NCBI GenBank assembly: GCA_001797615.1
Contig: MGPV01000029.1
Span: 30,583 to 94,582 of the forward strand
DNA from: Deltaproteobacteria bacterium GWC2_65_14
Lineage (GTDB): Bacteria > Desulfobacterota > Deferrimicrobia > Deferrimicrobiales > Deferrimicrobiaceae
Direction: 5' to 3'
DNA: 64,000 nt
Shown here piece after piece: positions 28,195 through 37,883 of the stretch (its first letter is position 1; the number at the start of each line of letters is the position of its first letter). The position numbers and the translations under genes are program-made. Below the pieces are notes generated by a model. That model did not search any database. It was not told the DNA's origin and saw only the letters and a list, made by a program, of their open reading frames with translations.

Positions 28195-30764
28195 AGTATC
28201 ACCCGGAGAAGATCGGGGGGAAGTGGCAGAAGCGGTGGGAGGAGGCGGGGGTGTTCCGGTGCCCCGACGAGCTGTCCGCCCCGAAATTCTACTGCCTCGA
28301 GATGTTCCCCTATCCCTCCGGCCGGATCCACATGGGGCATGTCCGGGTCTACACGATCGGGGACCTGATCGCCCGCTTCCGGCGGATGCGGGGGTTCCAG
28401 GTCCTCCACCCGATCGGCTGGGACGCCTTCGGGCTTCCCGCGGAGAACGCCGCGCACCGCCACGGGACCCACCCGGCCGCCTGGACCCGGGAGAATATCC
28501 GGGTCATGCGGGAGCAGCTCAAGGAGCTGGGGATCTCCTACGACTGGGACCGGGAGTTCTCCACCTGCTCCCCGGGGTATTACCGGTGGGAGCAGCTCTT
28601 CTTCCTGTGGATGCTGGAGGACGGGCTCGCCTACCGGAAGCGGGCCCGGCTGAACTGGTGCGACGAATGCCAGACCGTTCTGGCGAACGAGCAGGTGAAC
28701 CGGGACGGGACCTGCTTCATCCACGACCAGACGCCGGTGACCCAGCGGGAGCTCGAACAGTGGTTCCTCCGGATCACGCAGTACGCCGAGGAGCTTCTCT
28801 CTGGGCACGAGGAGCTTCGCGGGGGGTGGCCGGACAACATCCTGGAGATGCAGCGGAACTGGATCGGGAAGAGCGAGGGGGCGGAGCTCTCCTTTCCCCT
28901 GGCGGACGGCGGCGGAGCGATCACCGTGTTCACGACCCGTCCCGACACGATCTACGGGGCCACCTTCATGAGCATGGCCCCGGAGCATCCGCTCGTGCTC
29001 GAGTTCGCCCGGAAGGCGGGGCGCGAGGCGCAGGTCCGGGAGTTCGTCGAGCGGGTCTCCCGGCAGGACCTCGCCTCCCGGTCGAGCGAGGAGATGGAGA
29101 AGGAGGGGATCTTCACCGGCGGCTACTGCCTCAACCCGGCGTCGGGGGAAAGGATCCCGGTCTACACCGCGAACTTCGTGCTCTACGAGTACGGGACGGG
29201 GGCGGTGATGGCGGTCCCGGCGCACGACCAGCGGGATTTCGAATTCGCCCGCAAGTACGGGCTTCCGGTCAGGGTGGTCATCCGGCCGGAGGGGGAGGAT
29301 CTTTCCCCGGAAACGATGACGGCCGCCTACGAGGGACCCGGGGTCATGGTGGAGTCGGGCCCCTTCACCGGGACGCCGAACGAGGAAGGCAAGCGGAAGG
29401 TGATCGCCCTCTTCGAGGAGCGGGGGATCGGGAAGGGGAGGGTGCAGTACCGCCTGCGCGACTGGGGGATCAGCCGCCAGCGCTACTGGGGCTGCCCCAT
29501 CCCGGTCATCCACTGCGAGGCCTGCGGCCTGGTCCCGGTGCCGGAAAAGGATCTGCCGGTGGTCCTGCCGGAGGATCTCCCCTATTCCCGGGAGAAGGGA
29601 AATCCGCTGGCGCTGGCCGAGGAGTGGGTCCGGGTTCCCTGCCCCGCCTGCGGGAAGAAGGCGCGCAGGGAGACCGACACCTTCGACACCTTCTTCGAGT
29701 CGAGCTGGTACTTCCTCCGGTTCATCGACCCGGGGAACGAGCGGGAGCCGCTCGACCCGGAGAAGATGCGGCGCTTCATGCCGGTCGACCAGTATGTGGG
29801 CGGGGTGGAGCATGCCTGCATGCACCTGATCTACGCCCGCTTCTTCCACAAGTACCTTCGGGATCGGGGGCTGGCTCCGGGGAACGAGCCGTTCGCCCGG
29901 CTCCTTTCGCAGGGGATGGTCTGCATGCAGACGATGGAGTGCCCGAAGCACGGGTGGCGCTACCCGGAGGAGGTCGACGGGGAGTGGCGCTGCCGGCAGT
30001 GCGGCGAGCCGGTCGATATGGGGCGCTCGATGAAGATGTCCAAGTCGAAGCGCAACGTGGTCGAGCCCTCCACCCTCGTGGCGAAGTACGGGGCGGACAC
30101 CGCGCGGCTCTTTTCCCTGTTCGCCTCCCCGCCGGAGAAGGATCTGGACTGGAGCGAGGCCGGGGTGGAGGGAGCCTACCGGTTCCTGGGGCGGGTATAC
30201 CGCCTGGTCGCGCAGCGAAAGGATGCGCTCCGGGCTGCAGGTGCCGCCTGGAACGAGACCGACGCGGTCCGGGAAATCCGCCGCGTGACCCACGGGACGC
30301 TCCGGAAAGTGACCAGGGACGTCGAGGACCGGTTCCACTTCAACACCGCGATCTCCTCGATCATGGAGATGGTGAATTTCCTCTATCTGGTGGAGGACGC
30401 CGCCTGGACCTCCCCGGAGACGGCGCCCCCCCTCCGGGAAGCGGTGCGGATCCTGATCGTGATGCTCTCCCCGTTCGCCCCGCACCTCAGCGAGGAGCTC
30501 TGGGAGACGACGGGGAACGAGGGGCTTGCCTGCCGGCAGGAATGGCCCGCGCTGGACCGTGAGGCGGCGCTCGCCGAGGAGATCCTCGTGGTCGTCCAGG
30601 TGAACGGGAAGCTGCGCTCCCGGATCACCGTGGACGCCGGCGCCGGGGAGGAGGAGATCCGGGCGCTGGCGATGTCGGACCCGAAGGTTCAGGAGTTCAC
30701 CCGGGACGGAACCATCCGCAAGGTGGTCTACGTGCCGGGGAAGCTCGTGAACATCGTCCTGTGA
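28191..30764 (+). CDS. leuS: Leucine--tRNA ligase
   Basis: MFPYPSG-HMGH, FTTRPDT editing domain, KMSKSKRN, VQVNGKLR. Confidence 0.97.
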   Translation: MKYHPEKIGGKWQKRWEEAGVFRCPDELSAPKFYCLEMFPYPSGRIHMGHVRVYTIGDLIARFRRMRGFQVLHPIGWDAFGLPAENAAHRHGTHPAAWTRENIRVMREQLKELGISYDWDREFSTCSPGYYRWEQLFFLWMLEDGLAYRKRARLNWCDECQTVLANEQVNRDGTCFIHDQTPVTQRELEQWFLRITQYAEELLSGHEELRGGWPDNILEMQRNWIGKSEGAELSFPLADGGGAITVFTTRPDTIYGATFMSMAPEHPLVLEFARKAGREAQVREFVERVSRQDLASRSSEEMEKEGIFTGGYCLNPASGERIPVYTANFVLYEYGTGAVMAVPAHDQRDFEFARKYGLPVRVVIRPEGEDLSPETMTAAYEGPGVMVESGPFTGTPNEEGKRKVIALFEERGIGKGRVQYRLRDWGISRQRYWGCPIPVIHCEACGLVPVPEKDLPVVLPEDLPYSREKGNPLALAEEWVRVPCPACGKKARRETDTFDTFFESSWYFLRFIDPGNEREPLDPEKMRRFMPVDQYVGGVEHACMHLIYARFFHKYLRDRGLAPGNEPFARLLSQGMVCMQTMECPKHGWRYPEEVDGEWRCRQCGEPVDMGRSMKMSKSKRNVVEPSTLVAKYGADTARLFSLFASPPEKDLDWSEAGVEGAYRFLGRVYRLVAQRKDALRAAGAAWNETDAVREIRRVTHGTLRKVTRDVEDRFHFNTAISSIMEMVNFLYLVEDAAWTSPETAPPLREAVRILIVMLSPFAPHLSEELWETTGNEGLACRQEWPALDREAALAEEILVVVQVNGKLRSRITVDAGAGEEEIRALAMSDPKVQEFTRDGTIRKVVYVPGKLVNIVL

Positions 30765-30768
30765 CGCC

Positions 30769-31287
30769 ATGAGGCGGGCGCTCCCTCTGTTCCTCTTCCT
30801 GCTCTTCCTCCTTCCGTCCTCCTGCGGGTACCGCCTCCGGGGCGATCCGGACTCACGGTTTTCCTCCTCCGAAGTTCGGGTGGACCTCCGTCCCTTCGCG
30901 AACGCCTCCCTCTTCCCGGATGCGGGGGCCTTTCTCGCGGGACGCCTGCGGGAGGAGATGCGGCGGGGAGGGTTCCGCGGGATCTTCGACAGGCGAAACG
31001 CCGATTTCCTCGTCGAGGGGACGATCCGGGATGTGCGGGAGGATGTCTCCTCGCACGGGGCGGACCGGTTTTCCCTGGAGCACCGGATGACCCTCCTGGT
31101 CGATATCCGGGTTGTGGAGGGGGTCCGCGGCCGCGTTCTCTGGAAAGAGGAGGGGCTTTCGGAGAGCGCTTCCTATTTCTCCGGCACCGATTTCCAGTAC
31201 ACGGAGGCGAACCGTAGAATGGCGTTCGAGGAGATCTGCCGGAGGATGGCGAGGCGGATCGGGCAGACGCTGCAGGTGCTCCTGTGA
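30769..31287 (+). CDS. lptE: LPS assembly lipoprotein LptE-like
   Basis: Lipoprotein signal ending SSC-GY; conserved leuS-lptE-holA order. Confidence 0.8.
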   Translation: MRRALPLFLFLLFLLPSSCGYRLRGDPDSRFSSSEVRVDLRPFANASLFPDAGAFLAGRLREEMRRGGFRGIFDRRNADFLVEGTIRDVREDVSSHGADRFSLEHRMTLLVDIRVVEGVRGRVLWKEEGLSESASYFSGTDFQYTEANRRMAFEEICRRMARRIGQTLQVLL

Positions 31288-32210
31288 AGGTGCCCGCCTT
31301 TTTCCGGGGGTGGATTTCGGGAAAGCCGACCCCGGCCTTCCTGCTCGGTGGGGAGGGAACCGGCCTGGCGGAGATGGTCGCGGAGCTCTGGCTCGCCCGC
31401 CTGGCCGGGGAAGGGGAGACGGCGGAGCTGCTTCGCCCGAGCGCGCCCGACATGGAGCGGGAATCGCCCGTCCCGGGCTGGAGGACCCCATCGTTCTTCT
31501 TCCGCTTCCGGGTGGTCCTCCTCCCCGACTTCGCGGAGGTCAAGAAAGGGCCCCGGGCGGAGATCCTCTCCTATCTGGGGACTCCCGATCCGGACGTCCT
31601 GCTGGTGATCCCCTGTTCGGACCGCAATATGATGCGGGGGATTTCGGCCGTTCCGGGGGTTCGCGCGGCCTCGCTCCGGGAGGATCAGGCCGACGGGATC
31701 CTGGCGGAGTATGTTTCCGGCCTGGCGGTCGAGGCCGGGAAGGAAATGGCGGAGGAGGTCGCTCTCTTCCTCGTGCGCTGGACGGGAGGCGATTATCCGC
31801 GTCTCAGGGCGGAAACGGCAAAGGTTCTCGCGTTCGCGGCCGACCGGAAGGAGATCGGGGAGGAGGAGATCCGGCAGGTCTGCGTGTCCGGCGGGTCGGT
31901 CGACCCGTTCCGCATGGCGGACGACCTGATCTCCCGGAACCGGGAGGCCTGCATCGGGCAGTTCCGGCGGTTCGCCGCCTCGGCCGAGTCGTCCGACTAC
32001 CACGCCCTGGTGGGAGCGATCGCCTGGACGGTGAGAAAACGGGCCGCGGGACAGGGGTACCGGCGGGGGGGGCGATCCGGGGCGGTATCCCGTGAGCGGG
32101 CGGGAGAGGTGCTTTCCGCCCTTTCCAGGATCGATGCGGGATTGAAGGGGGGTAGCGGTCTTTCCCCGGAACAGCTGTTCGAGATCCGGATGCTTGGGCT
32201 TCTGCTGTGA
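31284..32210 (+). CDS. holA: DNA polymerase III subunit delta
   Basis: Position after leuS-lptE; delta-like features (AETAKV, IDAGLKGG, C-terminal FEIRMLGLL). Confidence 0.75.
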   Translation: MKVPAFFRGWISGKPTPAFLLGGEGTGLAEMVAELWLARLAGEGETAELLRPSAPDMERESPVPGWRTPSFFFRFRVVLLPDFAEVKKGPRAEILSYLGTPDPDVLLVIPCSDRNMMRGISAVPGVRAASLREDQADGILAEYVSGLAVEAGKEMAEEVALFLVRWTGGDYPRLRAETAKVLAFAADRKEIGEEEIRQVCVSGGSVDPFRMADDLISRNREACIGQFRRFAASAESSDYHALVGAIAWTVRKRAAGQGYRRGGRSGAVSRERAGEVLSALSRIDAGLKGGSGLSPEQLFEIRMLGLLL

Positions 32211-32224
32211 GGAGGGAAGCGGGG

Positions 32225-32503
32225 CTACCCGGCCGAAGCCGTGGACGCCTTGTGGACCGCCCTGGAGAGCCGGGCCACCTTGCGCGCGACCGTTTTCCGG
32301 TGCAGGACCCCCTTGGAGCCGGCACGCCCGATGAGGGAGGCGGCCCTGGAGAGGATTTCTCCCGCCTTGTCCAGGTTCTTTTCCTCGATCGCGGAGCGGA
32401 CTTCCTTGACGGCGGTCTTGACCGTGGAACGGATATGCCGGTTCCTGGCTCGTTTCTTCAGGCTCTGCTTCTGCCGCTTGATGCCCGATTTCAGTCTGGC
32501 CAA
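32225..32503 (-). CDS. rpsT: 30S ribosomal protein S20
   Basis: ARLKSGIKR...RNRHIRSTVKTAVK...KGVLHRKTVARKVARL. Confidence 0.95.
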   Translation of the reverse strand: MARLKSGIKRQKQSLKKRARNRHIRSTVKTAVKEVRSAIEEKNLDKAGEILSRAASLIGRAGSKGVLHRKTVARKVARLSRAVHKASTASAG

Positions 32504-32546
32504 CGGGATCCTCCTCGGGGTGTCGCCGATTTTCCGGCAAAGGAGA

Positions 32547-32576
32547 AATTTACTATGAGAGGGTTATCCATGTCAA
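32547..32576 (-). promoter_or_regulatory. Sigma70 promoter of rpsT
   Basis: TTGACA (32576-32571)-N18-TAAATT (32552-32547) in an AT-rich patch. Confidence 0.55.
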
Positions 32577-33172
32577 AGAAAAAGAGTTCCGTAAGGGTGG
32601 TGAACGGTGGAGCCGGTCTGCCACTTTCTTCGGGAGGGGGGCGCGTTTCCCGATCCCGCCCCGTGGAGCTTCCGTTCGGAGTCGCCTGCGCGGTGATGGC
32701 GGAGGGGCTTCTCTGCTCCATCGAGTGGGAGTCCTCGCCTGAAGCGCTGGAGGAAGCACTCGCAACGAAGTACCCGGAAGCGGCGATGACGCGGCGGGGG
32801 GACGGGGTGCCGGGGGATCTCCTCCTGGCGTACGGGAAGGGGAGGGTCATCCGGAGGGAGGAGATCGCCGCCATCCGGTTCGACTGGAGCCGGGTGAGCC
32901 CCTTTTCCCGGGAAGTCCTGAAGGAGCTGGCGAAGGTTCCCTACGGGAAATCGATCACGTACGGGAAGCTGGCGGAACGTTGCGGGAGACCGGGCGCCGG
33001 ACGGGCCGTGGGGAACGTCCTCTCCCGGAACCGGTGGCCGCTTCTCCTGCCCTGCCACCGGGTGCTCGCGGCGGGACAGAGGATCGGGGGATTCGCAAAG
33101 GGGACCGCGGTCAAGGAAGCGCTGATCCGGTTCGAAAGGAACTCGGTGGCGGGCGAAAAGAGTGCCCAATAA
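32570..33172 (+). CDS. ogt: Methylated-DNA--protein-cysteine methyltransferase (start uncertain)
   Basis: VPYGKSITYG, GRAVG, LPCHRV active site. Confidence 0.85.
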   Translation: MSKKKSSVRVVNGGAGLPLSSGGGRVSRSRPVELPFGVACAVMAEGLLCSIEWESSPEALEEALATKYPEAAMTRRGDGVPGDLLLAYGKGRVIRREEIAAIRFDWSRVSPFSREVLKELAKVPYGKSITYGKLAERCGRPGAGRAVGNVLSRNRWPLLLPCHRVLAAGQRIGGFAKGTAVKEALIRFERNSVAGEKSAQ

Positions 33173-33274
33173 AAAGGCAAACTGTATAACCCGCAATTCC
33201 TGCGCAGCGCGGAGAGGACATCCACAGGGATTTCCCCAGCCAGTCCACAGCCGGTGTGGAGAACGGGGGAGATG

Positions 33275-34048
33275 TCAGCGGGAGATCCGTTTCGCTTTTT
33301 CCCAGAGCCTGTCCAGCGTCTCCATATCGGCGTTCTCGATGGAAACGCCTGATTCCGCGGCGATTATTTCCATAGCCCGGAACCGCTTCTCGAAGCGGCG
33401 GGTCGCCCCGGACATCGCGATCTCCGGGTGGATCCGGAGGAAACGGGCGAGATTTACCAGGGCGAAGAGGAGATCCCCGAATTCGTGCTCGATCTCGTCC
33501 GGATCGCCCCGCTCGATGGCGGTTTTCAGCTCCTCCGTCTCTTCGTCCACCTTGGCGAGCACCTGGCCGCTGTTCTCCCAGTCGAACCCCGCCCGCGCCG
33601 CTTTCTTCGTGATCTTCGCCGCCCGGAGAAGGGAGGGGAAGGTGCGCGGGACGCCTCCGATGATCGAGGCTGGATTCCTGTTCTCCATCGTCTTCTTGAT
33701 ATGGTCCCACTGGAGGGAAACCGCTTCGGGAGTCGCGGCGGTCGCGTTCGAGAAGACGTGGGGATGCCTCCGGATCATTTTCCCGGAGATGGAACGGATC
33801 ACGTCCGAAATGTCGAATTCCCCCCGTTCCCGGGAGATCTGGGCGTGGAAGAGGACCTGGAGCAGCAGGTCGCCCAGCTCCTCGCAGAGCGAGTCGGGAT
33901 TCTTCCGGGAAATGGCATCCAGGACCTCGTACGCCTCCTCCAGGAGGTACTGGCGGAGGGTGGCATGGGTCTGGGCCCTGTCCCACTCGCATCCGCCCTC
34001 GGAGCGGAGCCGCTCCATGATCCCGACAAGCTTGCGGAATTCGTCCAT
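33275..34048 (-). CDS. mazG: Nucleoside triphosphate pyrophosphohydrolase MazG
   Basis: CEWDRAQT, EEAYEV, EELGDLLLQ, RRHPHVF, second domain EFGDLLF; GGAGG RBS. Confidence 0.95.
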   Translation of the reverse strand: MDEFRKLVGIMERLRSEGGCEWDRAQTHATLRQYLLEEAYEVLDAISRKNPDSLCEELGDLLLQVLFHAQISRERGEFDISDVIRSISGKMIRRHPHVFSNATAATPEAVSLQWDHIKKTMENRNPASIIGGVPRTFPSLLRAAKITKKAARAGFDWENSGQVLAKVDEETEELKTAIERGDPDEIEHEFGDLLFALVNLARFLRIHPEIAMSGATRRFEKRFRAMEIIAAESGVSIENADMETLDRLWEKAKRISR

Positions 34049-34087
34049 ATCGGCTTTTCCTCCGGGTAATGGTATCATATCTCTTTT

Positions 34088-35998
34088 ATGAGGAAGGAAA
34101 ATCCCATCGGTCTCCGCCTCCTTGTCCTCACGATCGTTCTGACGCTCCCCGTATGCATCGGATCCCTGTTCCCGGAGCCTTGCGAGGCGGGAGGCCCCTT
34201 CGCTTCGTATGCGGAATCCGTCCGTGCCCGGGCGGAGAAGGTGGTGGCCGCCGCGGGGCCGGGGAAAGAGGAGGAGCTCGGGAAGCAGGTGCGGCTTCTC
34301 CGCAAGGAGATGCACGCCTACGGGATACTCTCCCTGAACTCCGTCGCGGACCTGGTCTACGAGAAGGCGGTCGGGGAAGGGTGGAAACGCGACGGGGCGC
34401 CGTTTCTGCGGGCGGTGGCCGATGTCGCGCCTCTCTCCGTCCCGATGTGGGCCTGGCTGGTGAAGGAGGACCTGCTCGGCGGCCGCATGCAGGACCTGGT
34501 GCGGGATTTCGACGGCATGGTGGGAGCGGTGCGCCGGTTCGGACCCGCGCTGCTCGGGTACGCATCCTGGCTGATCTCCTTCCTGGCCGCCGCGGTCTGC
34601 TGGTTCGCGGTCTGGGCCTCGATCGCACTCTTTCTCCGTGCCCGTCCCTCGCTCGAATCCGACATCGGCCGTTTTTTCCGGTTTCCGGGCGGGGGCTACC
34701 TGTCCGTCCTGGCGGCGGCGGCGCTCTTTCTCCTCCCCCTCTTCGCCGGGTTCGGGCTGGCGATCGCCGCCTGCATCTGGCTGGCCCTTTCCGCCGCCTA
34801 CCTGCGCCGGGCGGAGATCCTGATGATGACCAGCGTGATTCTATTGCTGGCGGCCCTGCTGGCCGGGGGGAGCGTCCTGCATTCCCTGAAGCGGTTGACG
34901 GGAGAGGTGCAGCGGGGAGGATGGCTGGGAACGGAAGGCTATTTCCCGGAGGAGTGGCCGGACGCCTCCTATCTTCCGATGAAAGGGGAGGAGCGGGCGC
35001 CGATCTCGAGGCTGGTCCGCTTTTCCAGGGGGAGAGCCGCCATGATGGCGGGAAAGGCCGCGGAGGCGGAGAAGATCTGGACGGAGCTGGTTTCCGGGGG
35101 AGGATCCCCGGCGGGGGTCCTGAACAACCGGGGGATCGCGCGCGCGCAGCAGGGGAGACTGGAAGAGGCGCTGGCCGATTTCGAGGAGGCGCTCCGGAAG
35201 GCGCCGGGAGACGGGGCCACGTTATGGAACGCCTATCAGGCCTACCTGCGGCTGTTCAACCTGGAGAGGTCGAGGGCCCTGCAGCCGGAGGCCTGGGAGA
35301 AGGTCCAGGCGATGGCCCCCTACAATCTCCGTCCCGCCGAGATGGAGCAGGGGGAGTGGATCGCGTCGCCCCTGAACGTAGGGGACATCTGGAAGTCCTT
35401 TTTCGCCCTCCGGGGAGACTGGATCCGGGAGGCCGGGGAAAGCGACATCTTCCGCCTCTATTTCCGGCCGCTCTCCGCAACCGTCTCCCTGGTGTTCCTC
35501 GCCCTGGTCTGGCTGATCGCGGGGGCCTGGAAAGTGCTGTCGATGAAGGTCTGGGTGAACCGGACCTGCCGCGGGTGCGGCGTGCGCACCCTCATCGTCG
35601 GAAGCCGGGAGGCCCATGAATTCTGCAACCAGTGCCGGTCCCGCATCGCGGGAGCGTCCAACGACACCGGGGAACCGGACCGGAGGGGACAGGGGATCGC
35701 GATGCACACCGCCTACGTGCGCGCGTGCTCCGTGCTTGTCCCGGGTTCCGGATGGCTCTGGTCCGGGAAGGAGATCCGGACGATGGTCTACGGGATCCTG
35801 CTTTCCCTGTCGCTGGGGCTTCTTTCCTCCTCGATCGGCGCGCTGGATGGCGGGACGATCGTGGCCGACCTCGAGAGAACGGTCACCTTCCTGGCGATCG
35901 GCCTCGCGGCGGTCTTATGGCTCGCGGGATCGGTCGCCGGGCTCCGTTCCTTCCGGAAGATGCAGCGGGAGCTTGGGATCCTGCCGGCGGGGAGGTAG
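34088..35998 (+). CDS. Membrane protein with TPR repeats and CxxC-CxxC Zn ribbon
   Basis: Several TM segments, TPR (VLNNRGIARAQQGRLEEALADFEEAL), CRGC...CNQC. Confidence 0.8.
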   Translation: MRKENPIGLRLLVLTIVLTLPVCIGSLFPEPCEAGGPFASYAESVRARAEKVVAAAGPGKEEELGKQVRLLRKEMHAYGILSLNSVADLVYEKAVGEGWKRDGAPFLRAVADVAPLSVPMWAWLVKEDLLGGRMQDLVRDFDGMVGAVRRFGPALLGYASWLISFLAAAVCWFAVWASIALFLRARPSLESDIGRFFRFPGGGYLSVLAAAALFLLPLFAGFGLAIAACIWLALSAAYLRRAEILMMTSVILLLAALLAGGSVLHSLKRLTGEVQRGGWLGTEGYFPEEWPDASYLPMKGEERAPISRLVRFSRGRAAMMAGKAAEAEKIWTELVSGGGSPAGVLNNRGIARAQQGRLEEALADFEEALRKAPGDGATLWNAYQAYLRLFNLERSRALQPEAWEKVQAMAPYNLRPAEMEQGEWIASPLNVGDIWKSFFALRGDWIREAGESDIFRLYFRPLSATVSLVFLALVWLIAGAWKVLSMKVWVNRTCRGCGVRTLIVGSREAHEFCNQCRSRIAGASNDTGEPDRRGQGIAMHTAYVRACSVLVPGSGWLWSGKEIRTMVYGILLSLSLGLLSSSIGALDGGTIVADLERTVTFLAIGLAAVLWLAGSVAGLRSFRKMQRELGILPAGR

Positions 35999-36001
35999 CG
36001 C

Positions 36002-36889
36002 GTGAAGGGAAAGATTACCGACTTCGGCATCCCGGAGATCTTCCAGCTGGTGGCGACCCAGGGGAAGTCGGGCGCCCTGACGATCCAGGGGGACGAACGC
36101 AAGACGGTGTTCCTCTTCACCGACGGGATGATCGTCGACGTGCAGCCGGACCGGCGGCAGGCGCGGGCGGACCTTTTGGGGAACATGATGGTCGACGCGG
36201 GATACCTGACGGAGGAGGAACTTCGCCGCCTTCTCGCAATGCAGGAGAAGGAGGGGAAGAAGCTCGGGGAGCTTCTCGTCGAACAGGGAAAGATCACGCG
36301 GGAGATTCTCTCAAGGTACCTCTATCTCCAGGTGAAGGAGAGCCTGTACCACGCCCTCATGATCAAGGAGGGGGAGTACCAGTTCGAGCTCTTCGCCGTC
36401 CGGCCTCCCTCCTGGATGTCTACCCCGATGCGGGCGGATGTCCTCATGATGGAAGGGGTCCAGTTTCTCGACGAGTATCCGAGGATCCGTGCGAGGTTTC
36501 CGTCCGGAAAATTTCTCGTCTTCCCGAAGAAGGGGATCCGGATCGATTCCAAGGTTCTGCCGTCGGAGGAGAGGGCGGTCTGGAAGGCGGTGGAGTACTC
36601 CAGCGACCCGTACAAGATGTTCCGGAAAGCGTGTCTCACCTGGTTCGAGGGGATCAAGGCCCTCTGGGCCCTGACCGACCGCGGGCTGGTGGAGGTCGTC
36701 GCCGAGGCCGAGGAACGGGAGGATCCCTGGAGGGCCGCGCGGGCGGACCTCAAGCATCGGCGGCGGGTGGCATGGGTCCGCGCCGCGGTGTGGGCGGTCG
36801 CGGCCATGGTCGCGGGTCTGTGGGCGTACATGGTCCTCCTCTCCCCGCGGGCGATCGGGGCCTTCGGCGGATGGGCCGGGTTTTTCTAA
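36002..36889 (+). CDS. DUF4388 (PATAN-like) domain protein with MshEN-like motif and C-terminal TM helix
   Basis: MKGKITDFGIPEIFQLVATQGKSGALTI N-terminus; tandem LGxxLVxxGxxxxxxLxxxLxxQ-like motifs; hydrophobic C-terminus. Confidence 0.8.
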   Translation: MKGKITDFGIPEIFQLVATQGKSGALTIQGDERKTVFLFTDGMIVDVQPDRRQARADLLGNMMVDAGYLTEEELRRLLAMQEKEGKKLGELLVEQGKITREILSRYLYLQVKESLYHALMIKEGEYQFELFAVRPPSWMSTPMRADVLMMEGVQFLDEYPRIRARFPSGKFLVFPKKGIRIDSKVLPSEERAVWKAVEYSSDPYKMFRKACLTWFEGIKALWALTDRGLVEVVAEAEEREDPWRAARADLKHRRRVAWVRAAVWAVAAMVAGLWAYMVLLSPRAIGAFGGWAGFF

Positions 36890-36905
36890 CGGATCGGAGG
36901 AACGG

Positions 36906-37883
36906 GTGAGGCAGGCAGAACGGCGGGAGGAGACGCTCCGTTTCGACGATTCCGCCCTGCTCGCGGATCTGTTCGGCACCCACGACGATCATCTGAGGAT
37001 CGTGGAGGGGCATCTGGGCGTCTCCTGCAACCCGAAGGGGAACCAGGTCGACCTGTCCGGGGACCCGCTCCAGGTAGAGCTCGCCTCGAAGGTCCTCTCC
37101 GGCCTCTACCACGTCCTCCGGAGGGGGATCCCGGTGACGTCGAACGACGTCGCGGCGGCCCTGCGGATCGTCTGCGCCGACCGCAACGCGGAGGTGTCGG
37201 ACGTCTTCCAGGACGTGGTGTTCCGTTCGTCTCGCAACAAGATCATCACCCCCAAGAGCGTCGCGCAGAAGCGGTATCTCGACGCCATCCGGGAACGGGA
37301 CATCGTGTTCGGCGTCGGCCCCGCGGGAACGGGGAAGACGTTTCTCGCCATGGCGATGGCGGTATCCTATCTCATGAAGAAGGAGGTCCGGCGGATCGTG
37401 CTCGCCCGCCCCGCCGTGGAGGCGGGGGAGAAGCTCGGGTTCCTTCCGGGGGACATGGCGGAAAAGGTGAACCCCTACCTCCGTCCGCTGCACGACGCCC
37501 TCTATGCGATGCTCGAGTACGAGCAGGCGGGGAAGCTGATGGAGCGGGGCGTCATCGAGGTCGCCCCGCTGGCGTTCATGCGGGGTCGGACGCTGAACGA
37601 CTCCTTCGTCATCCTGGACGAGGCGCAGAACACGACCACCGAGCAGATGAAGATGTTCCTGACCCGGATCGGGTTCGGCTCCAAGGCGGTGATCACGGGG
37701 GACATCACGCAGACCGACCTGCCGTCGGGAAAGGTATCCGGCCTGAACGAAGCGCTCTCGATCCTGGATGGGGTGGAGGGGATCCGCTTCTGCCGGTTCA
37801 CCGAGATCGACGTCGTCCGCCATCCGATCGTGCAGGAGATCATCCGGGCCTATGAGCGGCATGAGAAGCGGCCCTCCTCCTGA
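36906..37883 (+). CDS. phoH: PhoH family ATPase (YbeZ)
   Basis: GPAGTGKT, RPAVEAGEKLGFLPGD, FMRGRTL, DEAQN, VVRHPIV. Confidence 0.95.
   Translation: MRQAERREETLRFDDSALLADLFGTHDDHLRIVEGHLGVSCNPKGNQVDLSGDPLQVELASKVLSGLYHVLRRGIPVTSNDVAAALRIVCADRNAEVSDVFQDVVFRSSRNKIITPKSVAQKRYLDAIRERDIVFGVGPAGTGKTFLAMAMAVSYLMKKEVRRIVLARPAVEAGEKLGFLPGDMAEKVNPYLRPLHDALYAMLEYEQAGKLMERGVIEVAPLAFMRGRTLNDSFVILDEAQNTTTEQMKMFLTRIGFGSKAVITGDITQTDLPSGKVSGLNEALSILDGVEGIRFCRFTEIDVVRHPIVQEIIRAYERHEKRPSS

Noticed and set aside
32207..32569. Long N-terminal extension of Ogt in the ORF track
   Set aside because: It overlaps rpsT on the opposite strand; the real start is at or after 32570.
33275..34048. mazG as partner of the MazF-like gene (mazEFG)
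   Set aside because: It lies 22 kb away in core context and is the ordinary two-domain housekeeping MazG.
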